DNA of 64,000 bases from an uncultured Clostridiaceae bacterium (GCA_964626065.1 CAZVDE010000004.1:110-64109); one strand, 5' to 3'. Shown: positions 19,667-30,576, numbered from the stretch's first letter. Numbers and translations: made by a program. Notes: generated from the sequence alone by a model not told the origin.

Positions 19667-20926
19667 TTATTTGTACATTTCCCGAATGAGTTTTTCCGCC
19701 GCTTCCTGCATCGCCTGTGCTGCCGCTTCCGGTGTCATTTTTCCGGCCATAACGGCTTCTAAGTTAGGACGTATGGCATCCCAAACCGCTCGCATTTCCG
19801 GTACCGTCGGCATTGGTTTACCAACAGTCATTTGGTCAGCCGACCCCTTCAAGATGGGGTCCATCGCTAATGAAGGATGTTCTAAGGCTGTCTCAGTCGC
19901 CGGCAGACGCATGTGTTTTTCCAGGAAAAGGATTTGGACTTCATCTGTTGAGACAAATTCAATAAACTCCTTGGCAATCTTTTCCTTTTCTTGATCGATG
20001 TAATCAGGTAACATGAAATAGATACCCGACGTCATCGGTGACGGCCACAAACCAGTTTCGCTAATCATAGGGATCCGGGCGATACCCAGATCTACTCTTT
20101 CGGCTATATCTTCTCCCAAATAGTCCGCAAGCGACCAATCGCCGTTGATTAACATGGCCGCTTTTCCCTCTTTGAACAGGGCATCGGCGGCATCGTAGTC
20201 ACTTTCGACCGGGACAATTTTAGAAGTATGCTTCAAATCCTGGACAAACCGCAGCGCTTCTACCATGGCAGAGGTGTTTAGGGTGGGGATAACCCCATCT
20301 AAAGGCCAACCGCCAAACCCGCCCAACCATGGTGCAAAGAAGAATGGTTCGTTTAGATTGTAGACCAACCCGTACTGATCGGGCATTCCGTCAGAATCAT
20401 AATCAACCGTGAGTTCTTGAGCTATTTTAATCATTTCATCACTGGTCTGAGGGGCTTCGGGAAGCAGATTCTTGTTATACAGCAGCATCAAATGGTTGCC
20501 GACACTGATGGGAACACCCCAAGTTTGGCCATCAAGTTCCACACTCTCCAGGCCGGGGCGCACAAAGCCTGCTAAAAACTCAGGATCAAAGACATCGTCA
20601 ACGGGTTTGATAATCTGCATAGCCACAAAAGGCCCCGCATGATCCGACACTGTCCAAAGCAAATCCGGTCCTTGGCCCGCGAAAGCCGCAGCCTGGAAAT
20701 CTTGCCGGAGTTCCTCAACTCCATAACTGACGACTTCCATGGTAAGCCAGGGACGATCGATGCAGAATTCTTCCGCCAGCTTCTCGATTTCTCCCAAAAC
20801 GCCGCCGGTTACTTCGCCTTCTTTGGTCCAAATGGTAAATTCTGTCTTCTTCTGCGCCGCTGCGCCAGCGCAAGCCAGCAGCACAACCAACAATAGGCTA
20901 GTTACGGAAATGGCTAACCGTTTCAT
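19667..20926 (-). CDS. sugar ABC transporter substrate-binding lipoprotein (MalE-like)
   Basis: 419 aa with a signal peptide and lipobox LLACAG. Confidence 0.9.
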   Translation of the reverse strand: MKRLAISVTSLLLVVLLACAGAAAQKKTEFTIWTKEGEVTGGVLGEIEKLAEEFCIDRPWLTMEVVSYGVEELRQDFQAAAFAGQGPDLLWTVSDHAGPFVAMQIIKPVDDVFDPEFLAGFVRPGLESVELDGQTWGVPISVGNHLMLLYNKNLLPEAPQTSDEMIKIAQELTVDYDSDGMPDQYGLVYNLNEPFFFAPWLGGFGGWPLDGVIPTLNTSAMVEALRFVQDLKHTSKIVPVESDYDAADALFKEGKAAMLINGDWSLADYLGEDIAERVDLGIARIPMISETGLWPSPMTSGIYFMLPDYIDQEKEKIAKEFIEFVSTDEVQILFLEKHMRLPATETALEHPSLAMDPILKGSADQMTVGKPMPTVPEMRAVWDAIRPNLEAVMAGKMTPEAAAQAMQEAAEKLIREMYK

Positions 20927-21057
20927 TTCAAGATTCCTCCTTTTTTAGTTAGAAATCAAATTTCGCCCTTGCCCTATGCTACATTTCATTACCCCCTCTG
21001 TCCCAAAAACCGGCCGGTGATTACAACACATCCACTATCGGGATTTCCACACTTCGC

Positions 21058-21073
21058 CTATAACGTTATAGTA
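21058..21073. promoter_or_regulatory. LacI-family operator palindrome (copy 1)
   Basis: Perfect palindrome CTATAACGTTATAG about 130 nt upstream of the binding-protein gene. It is identical to the copy upstream of the LacI gene. Coordinates are accurate to about 2 nt. Confidence 0.5.
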
Positions 21074-21158
21074 TAAGGCTGTTATTTAAATCAGAGCGGG
21101 AAGATGCCGCGGGATGGCTGCCTAAATCAACCGGCACCCTTGCTTCGAACGTATACCT

Positions 21159-23678
21159 TCAAATCTCAATTTCCATTATAAATCCGGCGGCATTGGGTGT
21201 TGGGACTGCCACAATAAGTTCGCCTCGGGGTCCTTGAGCCGCCCAAGCCTTATCGAGACCTACTTCAACGTTATCACGCTCTACTAGATTGAGGTGTGTA
21301 CCCGCCACTTTGATCTTGCCGCTTGTCAGCACATTTTTGTAATATTCGTCGACGTAAAGGTGAACCAGCACTTGTTCTCGGGGCGGCAAAAACTGCCCCT
21401 GCGGAGCGGCCACCTTGAGCGTAAACCCCTTTTTTGCGGGCCGTAAGACAACGGAAGTTGTGGCGCACCGGCCCTCTTTATAACCAAAACCCTCGCCCGC
21501 ATCCTCATACAACTCTAAGTGCGCCAAAACATCATCTTTGGCCCCCTTATCCGGCTGCGGCGATGGAACGTAAATGTGCAGGCATAACTGTTTGCCATCT
21601 CGCTCGCCGGTGTGGTTTACAGGTTGTTCCATAGGTAAAATGGCACCGGCCCGCACATACAACGGTAGGCGGTCCAGTGGCGCGGGGGCGACAATGTGTG
21701 TACCGCCGCAGAAATATTGGCCGCTCCAGTAATCTACCCACCGGCCCTCAGGAAGGTACACGAGGCGTTCCCGCCGACCGGGCTCATAAACCGGGCAGAC
21801 GAGTAAATCTTGGCCCACAAGAAATTGATCCGATAAATGGAAGGTGTTAGAATCAGTGGGGTATTCTAAAAACAGGGGCCGCATAATGGGCAGTCCCGTT
21901 TGGGCAGCGCGGTGAAACTCGTTATATAAAAAAGGCAGCAACCGATAGCGCAGGCGCAAAAATCGCCTTGAGATGCTTTCCACCTCGGGGCCAAAACTCC
22001 AAGGTTCCTGGTCAATTGTGTCCTCGGCACTGTGGTTGCGGTAAAAAGGCATGAAGGCACCCACTTGCATCCAGCGGGCAAATAATTCGCCCCGGGCATC
22101 GCCTTGAAAGCCGCCGACATCGCTGCCCACAAAAGGAACCCCGGACAAACCCATGCCCAAACACATGGGGATGGACATCTGCAAATGTTTCCACCAACTA
22201 TGATTATCGCCCATCCAAACTGCTGCGTAACGTTGGATACCCGCATAGCCCGATCGAGTTAGCAAGAAAGGGCGTTTGTCCGGCCGCAAGCGCTTTAAGG
22301 CATCATAAGTAGCCATAGCCATAGTCAACCCGTAGGCATTATGTACTTGGGAATGGGCAGCCTCTTCCCCTTCTTCGCCCTGCAGTACTTCATCGGGAAG
22401 CGTATTGCGAGAAAAACAGGATGGCTCGTTCATATCATTCCAGATTCCGGCCACTCCCGCATCAAAAAGATCGCCGTGTAGATCGCCCCACCACTGGCGG
22501 GTTCTTTCTTTCAAAAAATCCGGAAAGACCGTCCTACCGGGCCAAACAGTCCCCACAAACAACTCGCCATCCGGATAACAGATAAAATTGCGCCGCTGAA
22601 CCCCTGCCCGGAATACTTCGTAATGCCCATCCATTTTGACCCCGGGGTCAACGATAGTTACTGTTTTGAACCCCTGAGCGGCCAAATCCTTGATCATTCG
22701 GCGAGGATTTGGAAAGCGTTCTTTGTCCCAGGTAAAGACACGGTACCCATCCATGTAATGAATGTCCAAATAAATAGCATCGCACGGCAGCCGGCGAGCC
22801 CTCATTTCGGAGGCGATCTCCCGCACGCGTGCTTCCGGGTAATAGCTGTAACGGCTTTGTTGATAACCCAAAGCCCACAGGGGTGGAAGTTCCATCCGCC
22901 CGGTCAATTCTGTATACTGCCGGATAACATCCTTTGGTCCGGGGCCGGCGAAAATATAGGTATCCAAGGTAGGTTGCATCGCCGCCAGTTTTAACACTTG
23001 GCTTTGGCTTTTAGCCACATCATAGATAACCCTAGCCGGGCAATCGACAAACAGTCCGGTGCTGCGTCCCTCATCATCCATACTTAGGGCAAACGGGATG
23101 GCTTGGTACAGCTCGTCGTGGCCCGGAATGTGCAGCGGCTCGTCAGTGGCCCAGAAAGATAATCGCTGGCCGCGCTTATCGAGAAAACCTTGCTTTTGGC
23201 CGAAACCATAATAGCGCATGCCCTCAGGTGCCTGCAGCGCCCAACTGCAGCCCACTATTTTAGCAGCCGAGTCGGTCCTTTCTTCCATGATAAGGCCAAA
23301 GCCCTCAGCCTGCGCCGTGGCGGCCGCCGAGGAGCCATCCCGCCGTTTTAAACTCAAGCGGAAGGGGTCTTTTTCAATTATCACGGTCAAGCCCTGAGCA
23401 GCTGAACAATGTGTCTGCCAAAGCAAAGAATGATTCTGCTCCCGAAGGCTGCCTTCACAACCCGACCCATAATCCGCTGAAGTGGTCACGGCATAAGAGC
23501 GCTGCGCGGGTTTCACACCCCTGGGCACCATTTGTACCCTGATTAAAGCGGCTGATAAAGCGGCAATCTGCACCTGCACCTCGTCAGTTTCCAAAAACAG
23601 GACCGAACCCCGTTGTTCCCAATTGGTAATGGCCCCTATGTCCTGAGTTCTTAAGGTAGGTTGTCTTTTATTACTCAA
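21159..23678 (-). CDS. glycoside hydrolase family 31 (alpha-glucosidase or alpha-xylosidase)
   Basis: 839 aa with the GH31 catalytic region GIWNDMNEPS and the surrounding (beta/alpha)8 signature. Confidence 0.9.
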   Translation of the reverse strand: MSNKRQPTLRTQDIGAITNWEQRGSVLFLETDEVQVQIAALSAALIRVQMVPRGVKPAQRSYAVTTSADYGSGCEGSLREQNHSLLWQTHCSAAQGLTVIIEKDPFRLSLKRRDGSSAAATAQAEGFGLIMEERTDSAAKIVGCSWALQAPEGMRYYGFGQKQGFLDKRGQRLSFWATDEPLHIPGHDELYQAIPFALSMDDEGRSTGLFVDCPARVIYDVAKSQSQVLKLAAMQPTLDTYIFAGPGPKDVIRQYTELTGRMELPPLWALGYQQSRYSYYPEARVREIASEMRARRLPCDAIYLDIHYMDGYRVFTWDKERFPNPRRMIKDLAAQGFKTVTIVDPGVKMDGHYEVFRAGVQRRNFICYPDGELFVGTVWPGRTVFPDFLKERTRQWWGDLHGDLFDAGVAGIWNDMNEPSCFSRNTLPDEVLQGEEGEEAAHSQVHNAYGLTMAMATYDALKRLRPDKRPFLLTRSGYAGIQRYAAVWMGDNHSWWKHLQMSIPMCLGMGLSGVPFVGSDVGGFQGDARGELFARWMQVGAFMPFYRNHSAEDTIDQEPWSFGPEVESISRRFLRLRYRLLPFLYNEFHRAAQTGLPIMRPLFLEYPTDSNTFHLSDQFLVGQDLLVCPVYEPGRRERLVYLPEGRWVDYWSGQYFCGGTHIVAPAPLDRLPLYVRAGAILPMEQPVNHTGERDGKQLCLHIYVPSPQPDKGAKDDVLAHLELYEDAGEGFGYKEGRCATTSVVLRPAKKGFTLKVAAPQGQFLPPREQVLVHLYVDEYYKNVLTSGKIKVAGTHLNLVERDNVEVGLDKAWAAQGPRGELIVAVPTPNAAGFIMEIEI

Positions 23679-23787
23679 AATAATCGGCTCCTTTCAGGCC
23701 CCGGAAATATTTGTGATTAGTTGCTGAGCGTGCAGCCCCTAACGGTTTGGCCTAAACTCCTGCCCGGTATTCTGCGGCCGGCAGCGA

Positions 23788-24915
23788 TTATCTTTCTGCC
23801 CTAATAGAAGCAGCCGGGGCCAATCCCCCGCAAGATTCCCGGACCACAAGTTCAACCGGAAGAATTACGGATGCGGAGGCGGCCTTGGGATTATTCATTA
23901 CGTTCCAAATTTCTTTCACAGCCGTCTTCCCCATCAGCGGCCCGTCCTGCCGGACGGTAGTGAGAAGGGGCCTGGCCAAAGATGCCGCCTCACTATCATC
24001 ATAGCCCACTACCGCAACGTCCCTAGGAACCTCCCTGCCCACTGAGCGCACGGCCTCCATGGCCCCTAGAGCCATTACATCACTTGCGGCGAAGATTGCG
24101 CTCACATCGGGGTGGCTTTCTAAAATTTGCAGAACGGCTCTTTTGGCCCCTGTTTGCGTAAATTCACCATGACCGATCAAAGAAAGATCTATTTCCACAT
24201 TAGCTTTCCTCAATGCTTGCGCATAGCCTTCGAAGCGTGATTTAGAAATACCCTCCCCCGGTCTGCCGTTTTCCTCGCCTTTTTGTTCTAAGAAGGCTTC
24301 TAGCGAGTCCCCACCGAGAAAGGCTATTTTTCTATGCCCCAAACTTATAAGGTGTTCAACCGCAAGCCTGGCACCCTTTTTATTATCAGAAGAAATATAA
24401 ATCGAATTCCGCCCCTTGAAGGGAATATCCACAAATACGGCCGGGATTTGGCTGTCCTCTATCTTTTCAAACACGCCGGGCTCAGACGGTGAACCCATAA
24501 TAATCAACCCTTCGGCCCTAGATTCTATACTCCGCCTTAAGGACTTTCGCCAGCGCTTCGATCTATCATCGGCCTGCTGAACACTTAGGATCAGCTCATA
24601 ATCACGATTCTGCGCTTCTTTAGAAATACCGCACAACACCTCGTAAAAAAACGGATGCTGCAGGCCCTCTTTGGCAAACAAAAACAACTGAAGAAGGTGG
24701 CTTCGGTTTCTAATCAGCCTTTGCGCCAAAGCATTTGGATAATAATTTAGGTCTTCCATCGTCTTTCGAACCCGTTTTTCTGTCTCCGGGCCGATATCGC
24801 CGTAGTTGTTCATTACATGCGAAACTGTACTTACCGAAACACCCGCCGCTTTTGCCACATCCCGAATGGTAACCCTTTTTGGTGGTTCGTTGCCATTGCC
24901 CTTGTGTTGGAACAT
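23788..24915 (-). CDS. LacI-family transcriptional regulator
   Basis: HTH VTIRDVAKAAGVSVSTVSHVMNN followed by a periplasmic-binding-protein-like sugar-binding domain. Confidence 0.9.
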   Translation of the reverse strand: MFQHKGNGNEPPKRVTIRDVAKAAGVSVSTVSHVMNNYGDIGPETEKRVRKTMEDLNYYPNALAQRLIRNRSHLLQLFLFAKEGLQHPFFYEVLCGISKEAQNRDYELILSVQQADDRSKRWRKSLRRSIESRAEGLIIMGSPSEPGVFEKIEDSQIPAVFVDIPFKGRNSIYISSDNKKGARLAVEHLISLGHRKIAFLGGDSLEAFLEQKGEENGRPGEGISKSRFEGYAQALRKANVEIDLSLIGHGEFTQTGAKRAVLQILESHPDVSAIFAASDVMALGAMEAVRSVGREVPRDVAVVGYDDSEAASLARPLLTTVRQDGPLMGKTAVKEIWNVMNNPKAASASVILPVELVVRESCGGLAPAASIRAER

Positions 24916-24981
24916 CTGATCACCTCGCGATACTTTTAACAGTTTGACAACCTTCGTGTCCTAATAATACAAATGTATTTT

Positions 24982-24997
24982 ACTATAACGTTATAGT
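24982..24997. promoter_or_regulatory. LacI-family operator palindrome (copy 2, probable autoregulation)
   Basis: Perfect 16-nt palindrome ACTATAACGTTATAGT, 67 nt upstream of the LacI gene start. Confidence 0.55.
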
Positions 24998-25109
24998 CCT
25001 ATCAATAGTTTACACAATGATTGTTTTTTTGTCAACGGATTTTAGTTTTTTCCGGACCGGACGAAACAAAACCAAATTATGGCTTCTAGTGAAAAGGTTC
25101 CGCACAAAC

Positions 25110-25146
25110 AAAAAACCCCGCCGGGTGGACGGGGTTTTCTTTATTT
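25110..25146 (-). terminator. terminator after dapA
   Basis: CCCCGTCCACCCGGCGGGG hairpin plus T-run on the minus strand, immediately past the dapA stop. Confidence 0.6.
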
Positions 25147-25155
25147 CGATTGTTT

Positions 25156-26040
25156 TTAGGACCGCAGCCCCATTTTAAACAAGACATCCTTGATTTTCTG
25201 CCCTTCCTGTTCGGTAAGATCAACTAGGGGCAGGCGCACCGGGCCCGTCTCAAAACCGACATATTCCAAAGCCCTTTTGACCGGTACCGGGTTTGTTGTC
25301 AAAAACATCGCCTTAAAGAGCGGCATAAGCTGTAGGTGAATGTCTAATGCCGAGCCGGTTTTACCCTGATTGAAGGCGTTAATCATGGCCTTGATTTCGC
25401 GTCCCACAAGGTGCGAAACAACGCTTACTATTCCCGCGCCCCCCACCGCTAAAATGGGCAGTGTAAGCGAATCATCTCCGGAATAGATGAGAAAATCCTG
25501 CGGCACTAAAGTTTTTAAAACACTGACCTGCTCAAGGTTGCCGCTGGCTTCTTTGATGGCCACGATATTATCTATCTCGGCCAATCTAGCAACCGTTTCG
25601 GGCAGAATGTTCAAACTTGTTCTGCCCGGTACATTGTAGAGCATAACCGGCAGTGAAGTACTATTCGCCACCGCTTTGAAATGTTCAAAAAGCCCTTCCT
25701 GAGAAGGCTTATTGTAATACGGGGTGACGAGCATGATCCCGTCAACCCCGGCACTCTCGGCCGCTTTTGTCAAAGTGATACTGTCCTGCGTACAATTTGA
25801 TCCCGTTCCGGCTATGATTTCAAATTGGCCGCCTAAAGCATCCGTAACTTCCGCGAATAGCTTCGCTTTCTCCTCAAAACTTAACGTGGGGCTTTCCCCT
25901 GTAGTACCGCTTAAAACCACCCCATCCGATCCATTTTGCGCAAGCCGCTGCGCTAATTCCACAGCTGCCCTATAATTAACGGAGCCATCTTTGTGCATGG
26001 GGGTGACCATGGCGGTAAAAAGTTGACCTGATTTCATCAA
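25156..26040 (-). CDS. dapA: 4-hydroxy-tetrahydrodipicolinate synthase
   Basis: 294 aa beginning [25 protein letters not shown]...[14 protein letters not shown]. Full-length DapA. Confidence 0.95.
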   Translation of the reverse strand: MMKSGQLFTAMVTPMHKDGSVNYRAAVELAQRLAQNGSDGVVLSGTTGESPTLSFEEKAKLFAEVTDALGGQFEIIAGTGSNCTQDSITLTKAAESAGVDGIMLVTPYYNKPSQEGLFEHFKAVANSTSLPVMLYNVPGRTSLNILPETVARLAEIDNIVAIKEASGNLEQVSVLKTLVPQDFLIYSGDDSLTLPILAVGGAGIVSVVSHLVGREIKAMINAFNQGKTGSALDIHLQLMPLFKAMFLTTNPVPVKRALEYVGFETGPVRLPLVDLTEQEGQKIKDVLFKMGLRS

Positions 26041-26049
26041 TTAACCCTC

Positions 26050-27285
26050 CTAAATCCGATCGAGTTGGAATTCCTTATGCAGCGCACGCACCGCCCGGGG
26101 CAGATGCTCCTCCAAGATGAGGCAAGAAATATTGGCGTGTGAGTCGGTGGTTTGAAAAATGGGGATTTGTTCCCCTTCCAAGCAGCCCACAACTCTGGCC
26201 ATAACACCTGGTACACCGTGCATTCCCGCTCCTACAACAGATACTTTAGCAAAACCCACTTCGATCTTAACATCTAAATTTAAGGACGTCAAAACCTTTC
26301 TGGCAGTATCTACCTGTTCTTCATCAATAACAAAGGCAACCAGTTCGGAAGCGAGCAAAATTAGATCTATACTTACGCCCGCATCCGCCAGAAGCCGAAA
26401 AATCTTAGTCGTAAGCACGCCGGTGTGAAACTCGTTCGAACCGCTGATCTTAACCTGGGCCCGTTTTCCTAAGTGGGCAATGCCCGTTACCACCCTATCC
26501 GCGATCCGTTCACTACCCATCTTTCCCCGAGGTTTAACACCATGGCCAATAAATGTCCCACCGTCTGAATCATCAGAAAGGGAAAGAATCTGAATGGGAA
26601 TGCCTTCTTCCATACTGATTTCCGCCGCCCGAGGGTGCAGGATCTTTGCCCCCATGTGGGCCAATTCGACGACCTCCCGGTACGATAGAACTTTGAGGGT
26701 CGGTGCCTCAGGCACCAACTTGGGATCTGCCGTCTTTACCCCATCGACATCGCTGTAAATCTCCACCCGCTCCGCATTCAGCACAACTGCCAGTACGGCC
26801 GCGGTCGTGTCGCTGCCCCCCCTGCCTAAAGTGGTTATTTCACCCGTCTCTGTTACCCCTTGAAAACCTGCAACCACCGGGACTTTCCCCGCCCGCAAAA
26901 CGGTGCGCAGCCGCTCACCGTCAACCGCCAAAACGCGAGCCCCCAAATGGATGCTATCTGTATAGATGCCGCTCTGCCACCCGGCTAGGGCCCGGGCGGG
27001 CAGACCCAGTTGGCCCAGCCCCTCCGCGAAAATTGCTGCGGAGATGATCTCGCCGCACGACAAAAGCAGATCGGTGTTGAGACCGTCCGCCTCAGGATTC
27101 GTCCGGTACAGCAGTTCCAACAAGGTATCGGTGGCATAGGGCTCACCGCGCCGACCCATGGCCGAGACCACTACAACGGGCCTATACCCCGCCTCAGCCG
27201 CGGCTAAAACCCTCTCGAATGCCTTTTTTCGATCCGTTGGGGCAGTCAGTGAGCTGCCGCCAAACTTTTGGACAATAATACGCAC
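26050..27285 (-). CDS. dapG: aspartate kinase (DapG/LysC type)
   Basis: Begins MRIIVQKFGGSSL..., the aspartokinase N-terminus, with C-terminal ACT domains. Confidence 0.95.
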   Translation of the reverse strand: MRIIVQKFGGSSLTAPTDRKKAFERVLAAAEAGYRPVVVVSAMGRRGEPYATDTLLELLYRTNPEADGLNTDLLLSCGEIISAAIFAEGLGQLGLPARALAGWQSGIYTDSIHLGARVLAVDGERLRTVLRAGKVPVVAGFQGVTETGEITTLGRGGSDTTAAVLAVVLNAERVEIYSDVDGVKTADPKLVPEAPTLKVLSYREVVELAHMGAKILHPRAAEISMEEGIPIQILSLSDDSDGGTFIGHGVKPRGKMGSERIADRVVTGIAHLGKRAQVKISGSNEFHTGVLTTKIFRLLADAGVSIDLILLASELVAFVIDEEQVDTARKVLTSLNLDVKIEVGFAKVSVVGAGMHGVPGVMARVVGCLEGEQIPIFQTTDSHANISCLILEEHLPRAVRALHKEFQLDRI

Positions 27286-27289
27286 AGCA

Positions 27290-28321
27290 TCACCCCATTT
27301 TCCGGGCGTAGTATTCGCCGATTTGCACCGCGTTCAAAGCCGCGCCCTTCCTGATTTGATCTCCCACAACCCATAGGTTCAACCCATTTTCCACCGTCAG
27401 GTCCCGGCGAATCCTGCCCACGTAGACAGCATCCTTGTGAGAAGTATAAAGAGGCATGGGGTAGTCCTGAATGGCCACATCATCGATGACTTCAATGCCC
27501 GGTGCCTGCGCTAACAGCCGGCGGCATTCTTCGGGCGATAGCGGTTTTATAGTTTCCACGTTGATACTTTCGCTGTGGGAGCGCATGACAGGAATACGAA
27601 TAGCGGTGGCAGAAACCTTAAAATCAGGATCACCGAACATCTTCTGCGTTTCCTTGACCATCTTCCATTCCTCTTTTGTATAGCCGTCTTGGTCGAAATC
27701 ATCAATCTGGGGCAGGACGTTAAAGGCAATGGGATAGTGTTTCTCACCGCCCGCAAAGGGTAAAATCTCGGCCTGCAGCTCCCGACCCATGACATAATCC
27801 TCTGTCTGGCGGCGCAGCTCATCCATTCCCCGACCACCGGCCCCGGATACTGCTTGATAGGTGGAAACCACAACCCGTTTGATGCCGGCCCGATCGAGAA
27901 TTGGCTTTAGAACGAGAGCCATAATGATAGTGGAGCAATTTGGGTTAGATATGATGCCGCGGTGCCGGAAAATGTCCTCTCCATTAATTTCGGGCACAAT
28001 CAAGGGCACATCGTCTCTAAGGCGAAAAGCACTCGTATTATCAATTACAACCGCTCCGGCATCTACCGCCGGCTGTACCCACTCTTTACTGACAGAACCG
28101 CCCGCGGCGAAAAAGGCAAGATCAACATCCTTAAAACCATCCGCCGAAACCTCCTGAACCGCGTATTCCTTACCGCCCACTAAAACGCGGGTACCGGCGG
28201 AACGAGGTGATGATAGCAGTGTGAGGTTTTTTATGGGAAATTCCCTTTCTACCAAAATGTCAAGCAGTTCCTGGCCCACCATGCCCGTTGCTCCCAATAT
28301 TGCCACATTTAAAGCTCTCAC
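27290..28321 (-). CDS. asd: aspartate-semialdehyde dehydrogenase
   Basis: 343 aa with NAD-binding ILGATGMVGQ and an active-site Cys region (NPNCSTI). Confidence 0.95.
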   Translation of the reverse strand: MRALNVAILGATGMVGQELLDILVEREFPIKNLTLLSSPRSAGTRVLVGGKEYAVQEVSADGFKDVDLAFFAAGGSVSKEWVQPAVDAGAVVIDNTSAFRLRDDVPLIVPEINGEDIFRHRGIISNPNCSTIIMALVLKPILDRAGIKRVVVSTYQAVSGAGGRGMDELRRQTEDYVMGRELQAEILPFAGGEKHYPIAFNVLPQIDDFDQDGYTKEEWKMVKETQKMFGDPDFKVSATAIRIPVMRSHSESINVETIKPLSPEECRRLLAQAPGIEVIDDVAIQDYPMPLYTSHKDAVYVGRIRRDLTVENGLNLWVVGDQIRKGAALNAVQIGEYYARKMG

Positions 28322-28339
28322 GTAAAACCTCTCCTTTAA

Positions 28340-28942
28340 CTAGCGTACTCTTCTTAATTCTCTTTCGATTATAATAGGCTGAAGCTGCCGGTATTGCAAT
28401 GCTTTTTCGATCGTTTCCGGAATTAGGCCCATCTCCGCCACCAAAGAACGGGGTTTTTCCTCCGGATTATCTTGGCCGAAGGGAACAAAGAAAATATGGG
28501 GCGTGCTTAACAGCATCCCAATGTTTTTGGCGTTGAGTCCTAAAGCATCGTTGGTGGAAATGGCGAGAACTAAAGGTTTACCATTGCGCAGATGCGCCTT
28601 AGACGCCATCAATACGGAGCTATCTGTAATAGCATTAGCCAATTTTGCGCAAGTATTGCCCGTACAAGGCGCGACAACCAGACAGTCCAGTACCTTAGAT
28701 GGGCCAAGGGGCTCTGCAGCTACAATAGTGCTGACAACCTTTCTTTCCGACAATTCCTCGAAATGAGCGACAATTTCGGCCGCCCGGCCGAAACGAGTGT
28801 CCAGCGCGGCTACTGTTTCCGAAACAATGGGATAAATCTCCGCTCCCGCCTGCTTAAGCCTTTCAATTTGGGGCCAGATCTCCGCGTAAGTGCAGTGACT
28901 GCCTGTGAGGGCAAAGCCTATATTCTTACCCCTAAGTGTCAT
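28340..28942 (-). CDS. dpaB: dipicolinate synthase subunit B (flavoprotein)
   Basis: 200 aa beginning MTLRGKNIGFALTGSHCTY. The position matches spoVFB. Confidence 0.85.
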   Translation of the reverse strand: MTLRGKNIGFALTGSHCTYAEIWPQIERLKQAGAEIYPIVSETVAALDTRFGRAAEIVAHFEELSERKVVSTIVAAEPLGPSKVLDCLVVAPCTGNTCAKLANAITDSSVLMASKAHLRNGKPLVLAISTNDALGLNAKNIGMLLSTPHIFFVPFGQDNPEEKPRSLVAEMGLIPETIEKALQYRQLQPIIIERELRRVR

Positions 28943-29837
28943 CGTGTTCCTCCCCTAAGAGTTTCTCGAGTAGGCGAGGAATGGTACGCACCAAAATTTC
29001 GCCGGCAGTCTTGGGAGCCACCCGTCCCGGCAGAGACAAGGCATGGATGGCCCGAATCCCCAATTCTTCAGCGGCGGCAAAATCAGTGCCGCCCGGACTG
29101 GCGGCAATATCGATGATCACGAGATTGGAATCTAACAGCCTCAAATATGATCTGGGCAAAACCATGGCAGGAATGGTGTTGAAAATTAAATCATAATTCG
29201 TACTCGTTTTTAGGTTGGCAAGGGCTAGAGGCTCCGCTCCCAGCGCAATTGCACGAGCCAAATCCGCACCGGAGCGCGATGCTACCGTTACCTTAGCGCC
29301 CAACGCCAGCAAAACCCGGGTTAAAGTGGTGCCACAGCGGCCCAATCCCAAAACCAGGCAGCGCGAATTGTGGATAGTGATGGCGGTATTTTCCATGGCC
29401 ACCTGAAGCGCGCCCTCCGCCGTGGGAATTGAATTTAGAATCGCCAGCTCATCAATTTCCGCTATTTCTATGAGCCCCAAACCGTATTGGGTGCTCAGGC
29501 CCTGAATAATCGGTTTGGCAACGCCAATCAAGAGCGGCGTTCGTGCCGGCAGCAGCGGAATCACCTTGGCTAAATTAATTAGTTCCTCCGCGCCATCAAG
29601 CCTGGCGGAAATCTCCCCCGCCAGGTTGGTATTGCTCATGGGAGCAATTACGGCCCGGGCACCTCGCACCGCCTCGGCAGGGGTATGGAAATGCAGAGCT
29701 TTTATTAAAGATCCCTCGTTGGGGAAACCAACTAAACGCAAATCGGCCCCTAGGCCGATTAAGGCAATGGCCAAATCAACTTCCCGCTGATCACAACCGA
29801 GCATTGCAATGGGTTTTCCAGCTAGATTGCCAGCCAT
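28932..29837 (-). CDS. dpaA: dipicolinate synthase subunit A
   Basis: 301 aa with an NAD(P)-binding Rossmann fold (VLGLGRCGTTLTRVL). It lies upstream of dpaB, matching spoVFA. Confidence 0.85.
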   Translation of the reverse strand: MAGNLAGKPIAMLGCDQREVDLAIALIGLGADLRLVGFPNEGSLIKALHFHTPAEAVRGARAVIAPMSNTNLAGEISARLDGAEELINLAKVIPLLPARTPLLIGVAKPIIQGLSTQYGLGLIEIAEIDELAILNSIPTAEGALQVAMENTAITIHNSRCLVLGLGRCGTTLTRVLLALGAKVTVASRSGADLARAIALGAEPLALANLKTSTNYDLIFNTIPAMVLPRSYLRLLDSNLVIIDIAASPGGTDFAAAEELGIRAIHALSLPGRVAPKTAGEILVRTIPRLLEKLLGEEHDDT

Positions 29838-29868
29838 GGCCAGCCCTCCTCACCTGAACTCATTAGTA

Positions 29869-30576
29869 CTATATGTCGGTGAAGAGAATGTGTTCTAGTC
29901 CAACTGCAACACCCTCAATTTCAGATATCTTAGCAATGGCCAGCAAAACGCCGGGCATAAAACTCTCGCGGTTATTTGAATCGTGGCGAATCAAAAGCGT
30001 CTGCCCCGGAAGGCCTAGCAGTACTTCCTGATGCGCAACCAATCCGGGCAGCCGCACGCTGTGAATGGGAACCGGCATTGTTCGAGCCTCTTCAATGAGC
30101 TGCTTGGTACGCAAGGCAGTGCCCGATGGGGCATCGAGTTTTTGATCATGGTGATATTCTACGATTTCCACTTTATCAAAAAAGGAAACTGCCTGCTGAG
30201 CAAATTTCATCATCAGCACAGCGCCTATGGCGAAATTGGGTACAATGAGCGCCCGCCAAGTTGATTTTTCGGCCCTTCGCTGCCATCTTACAACCTCTTC
30301 CTCCGCTAAGCCCGTAGTGCCTATCACCATGGGCACATTATGTGCGAAACAGGCCTCCATGCTGGCCCCAATTGCTTGGGGGGTAGTAAAATCCACGACT
30401 ACATCGGGCCTTGCGGCAGCCAGTGCTTTGTTTAGGTTAGTAAACATGTCTATGCCTGCCAGGTTTCTCCCGGACGAATCCACGCCTCCTACCAACACCA
30501 AATCGGAGGCGCTTTGCACCGCTTTGCAGACTTCCCGCCCCATCTTGCCGGTGGCTCCGTTGATCAGTACCCTCAT
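29869..30576 (-). CDS. dapB: 4-hydroxy-tetrahydrodipicolinate reductase
   Basis: Begins MRVLINGATGKMGREV, with the EYHHDQKLDAPSGTAL motif. Confidence 0.9.
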   Translation of the reverse strand: MRVLINGATGKMGREVCKAVQSASDLVLVGGVDSSGRNLAGIDMFTNLNKALAAARPDVVVDFTTPQAIGASMEACFAHNVPMVIGTTGLAEEEVVRWQRRAEKSTWRALIVPNFAIGAVLMMKFAQQAVSFFDKVEIVEYHHDQKLDAPSGTALRTKQLIEEARTMPVPIHSVRLPGLVAHQEVLLGLPGQTLLIRHDSNNRESFMPGVLLAIAKISEIEGVAVGLEHILFTDI

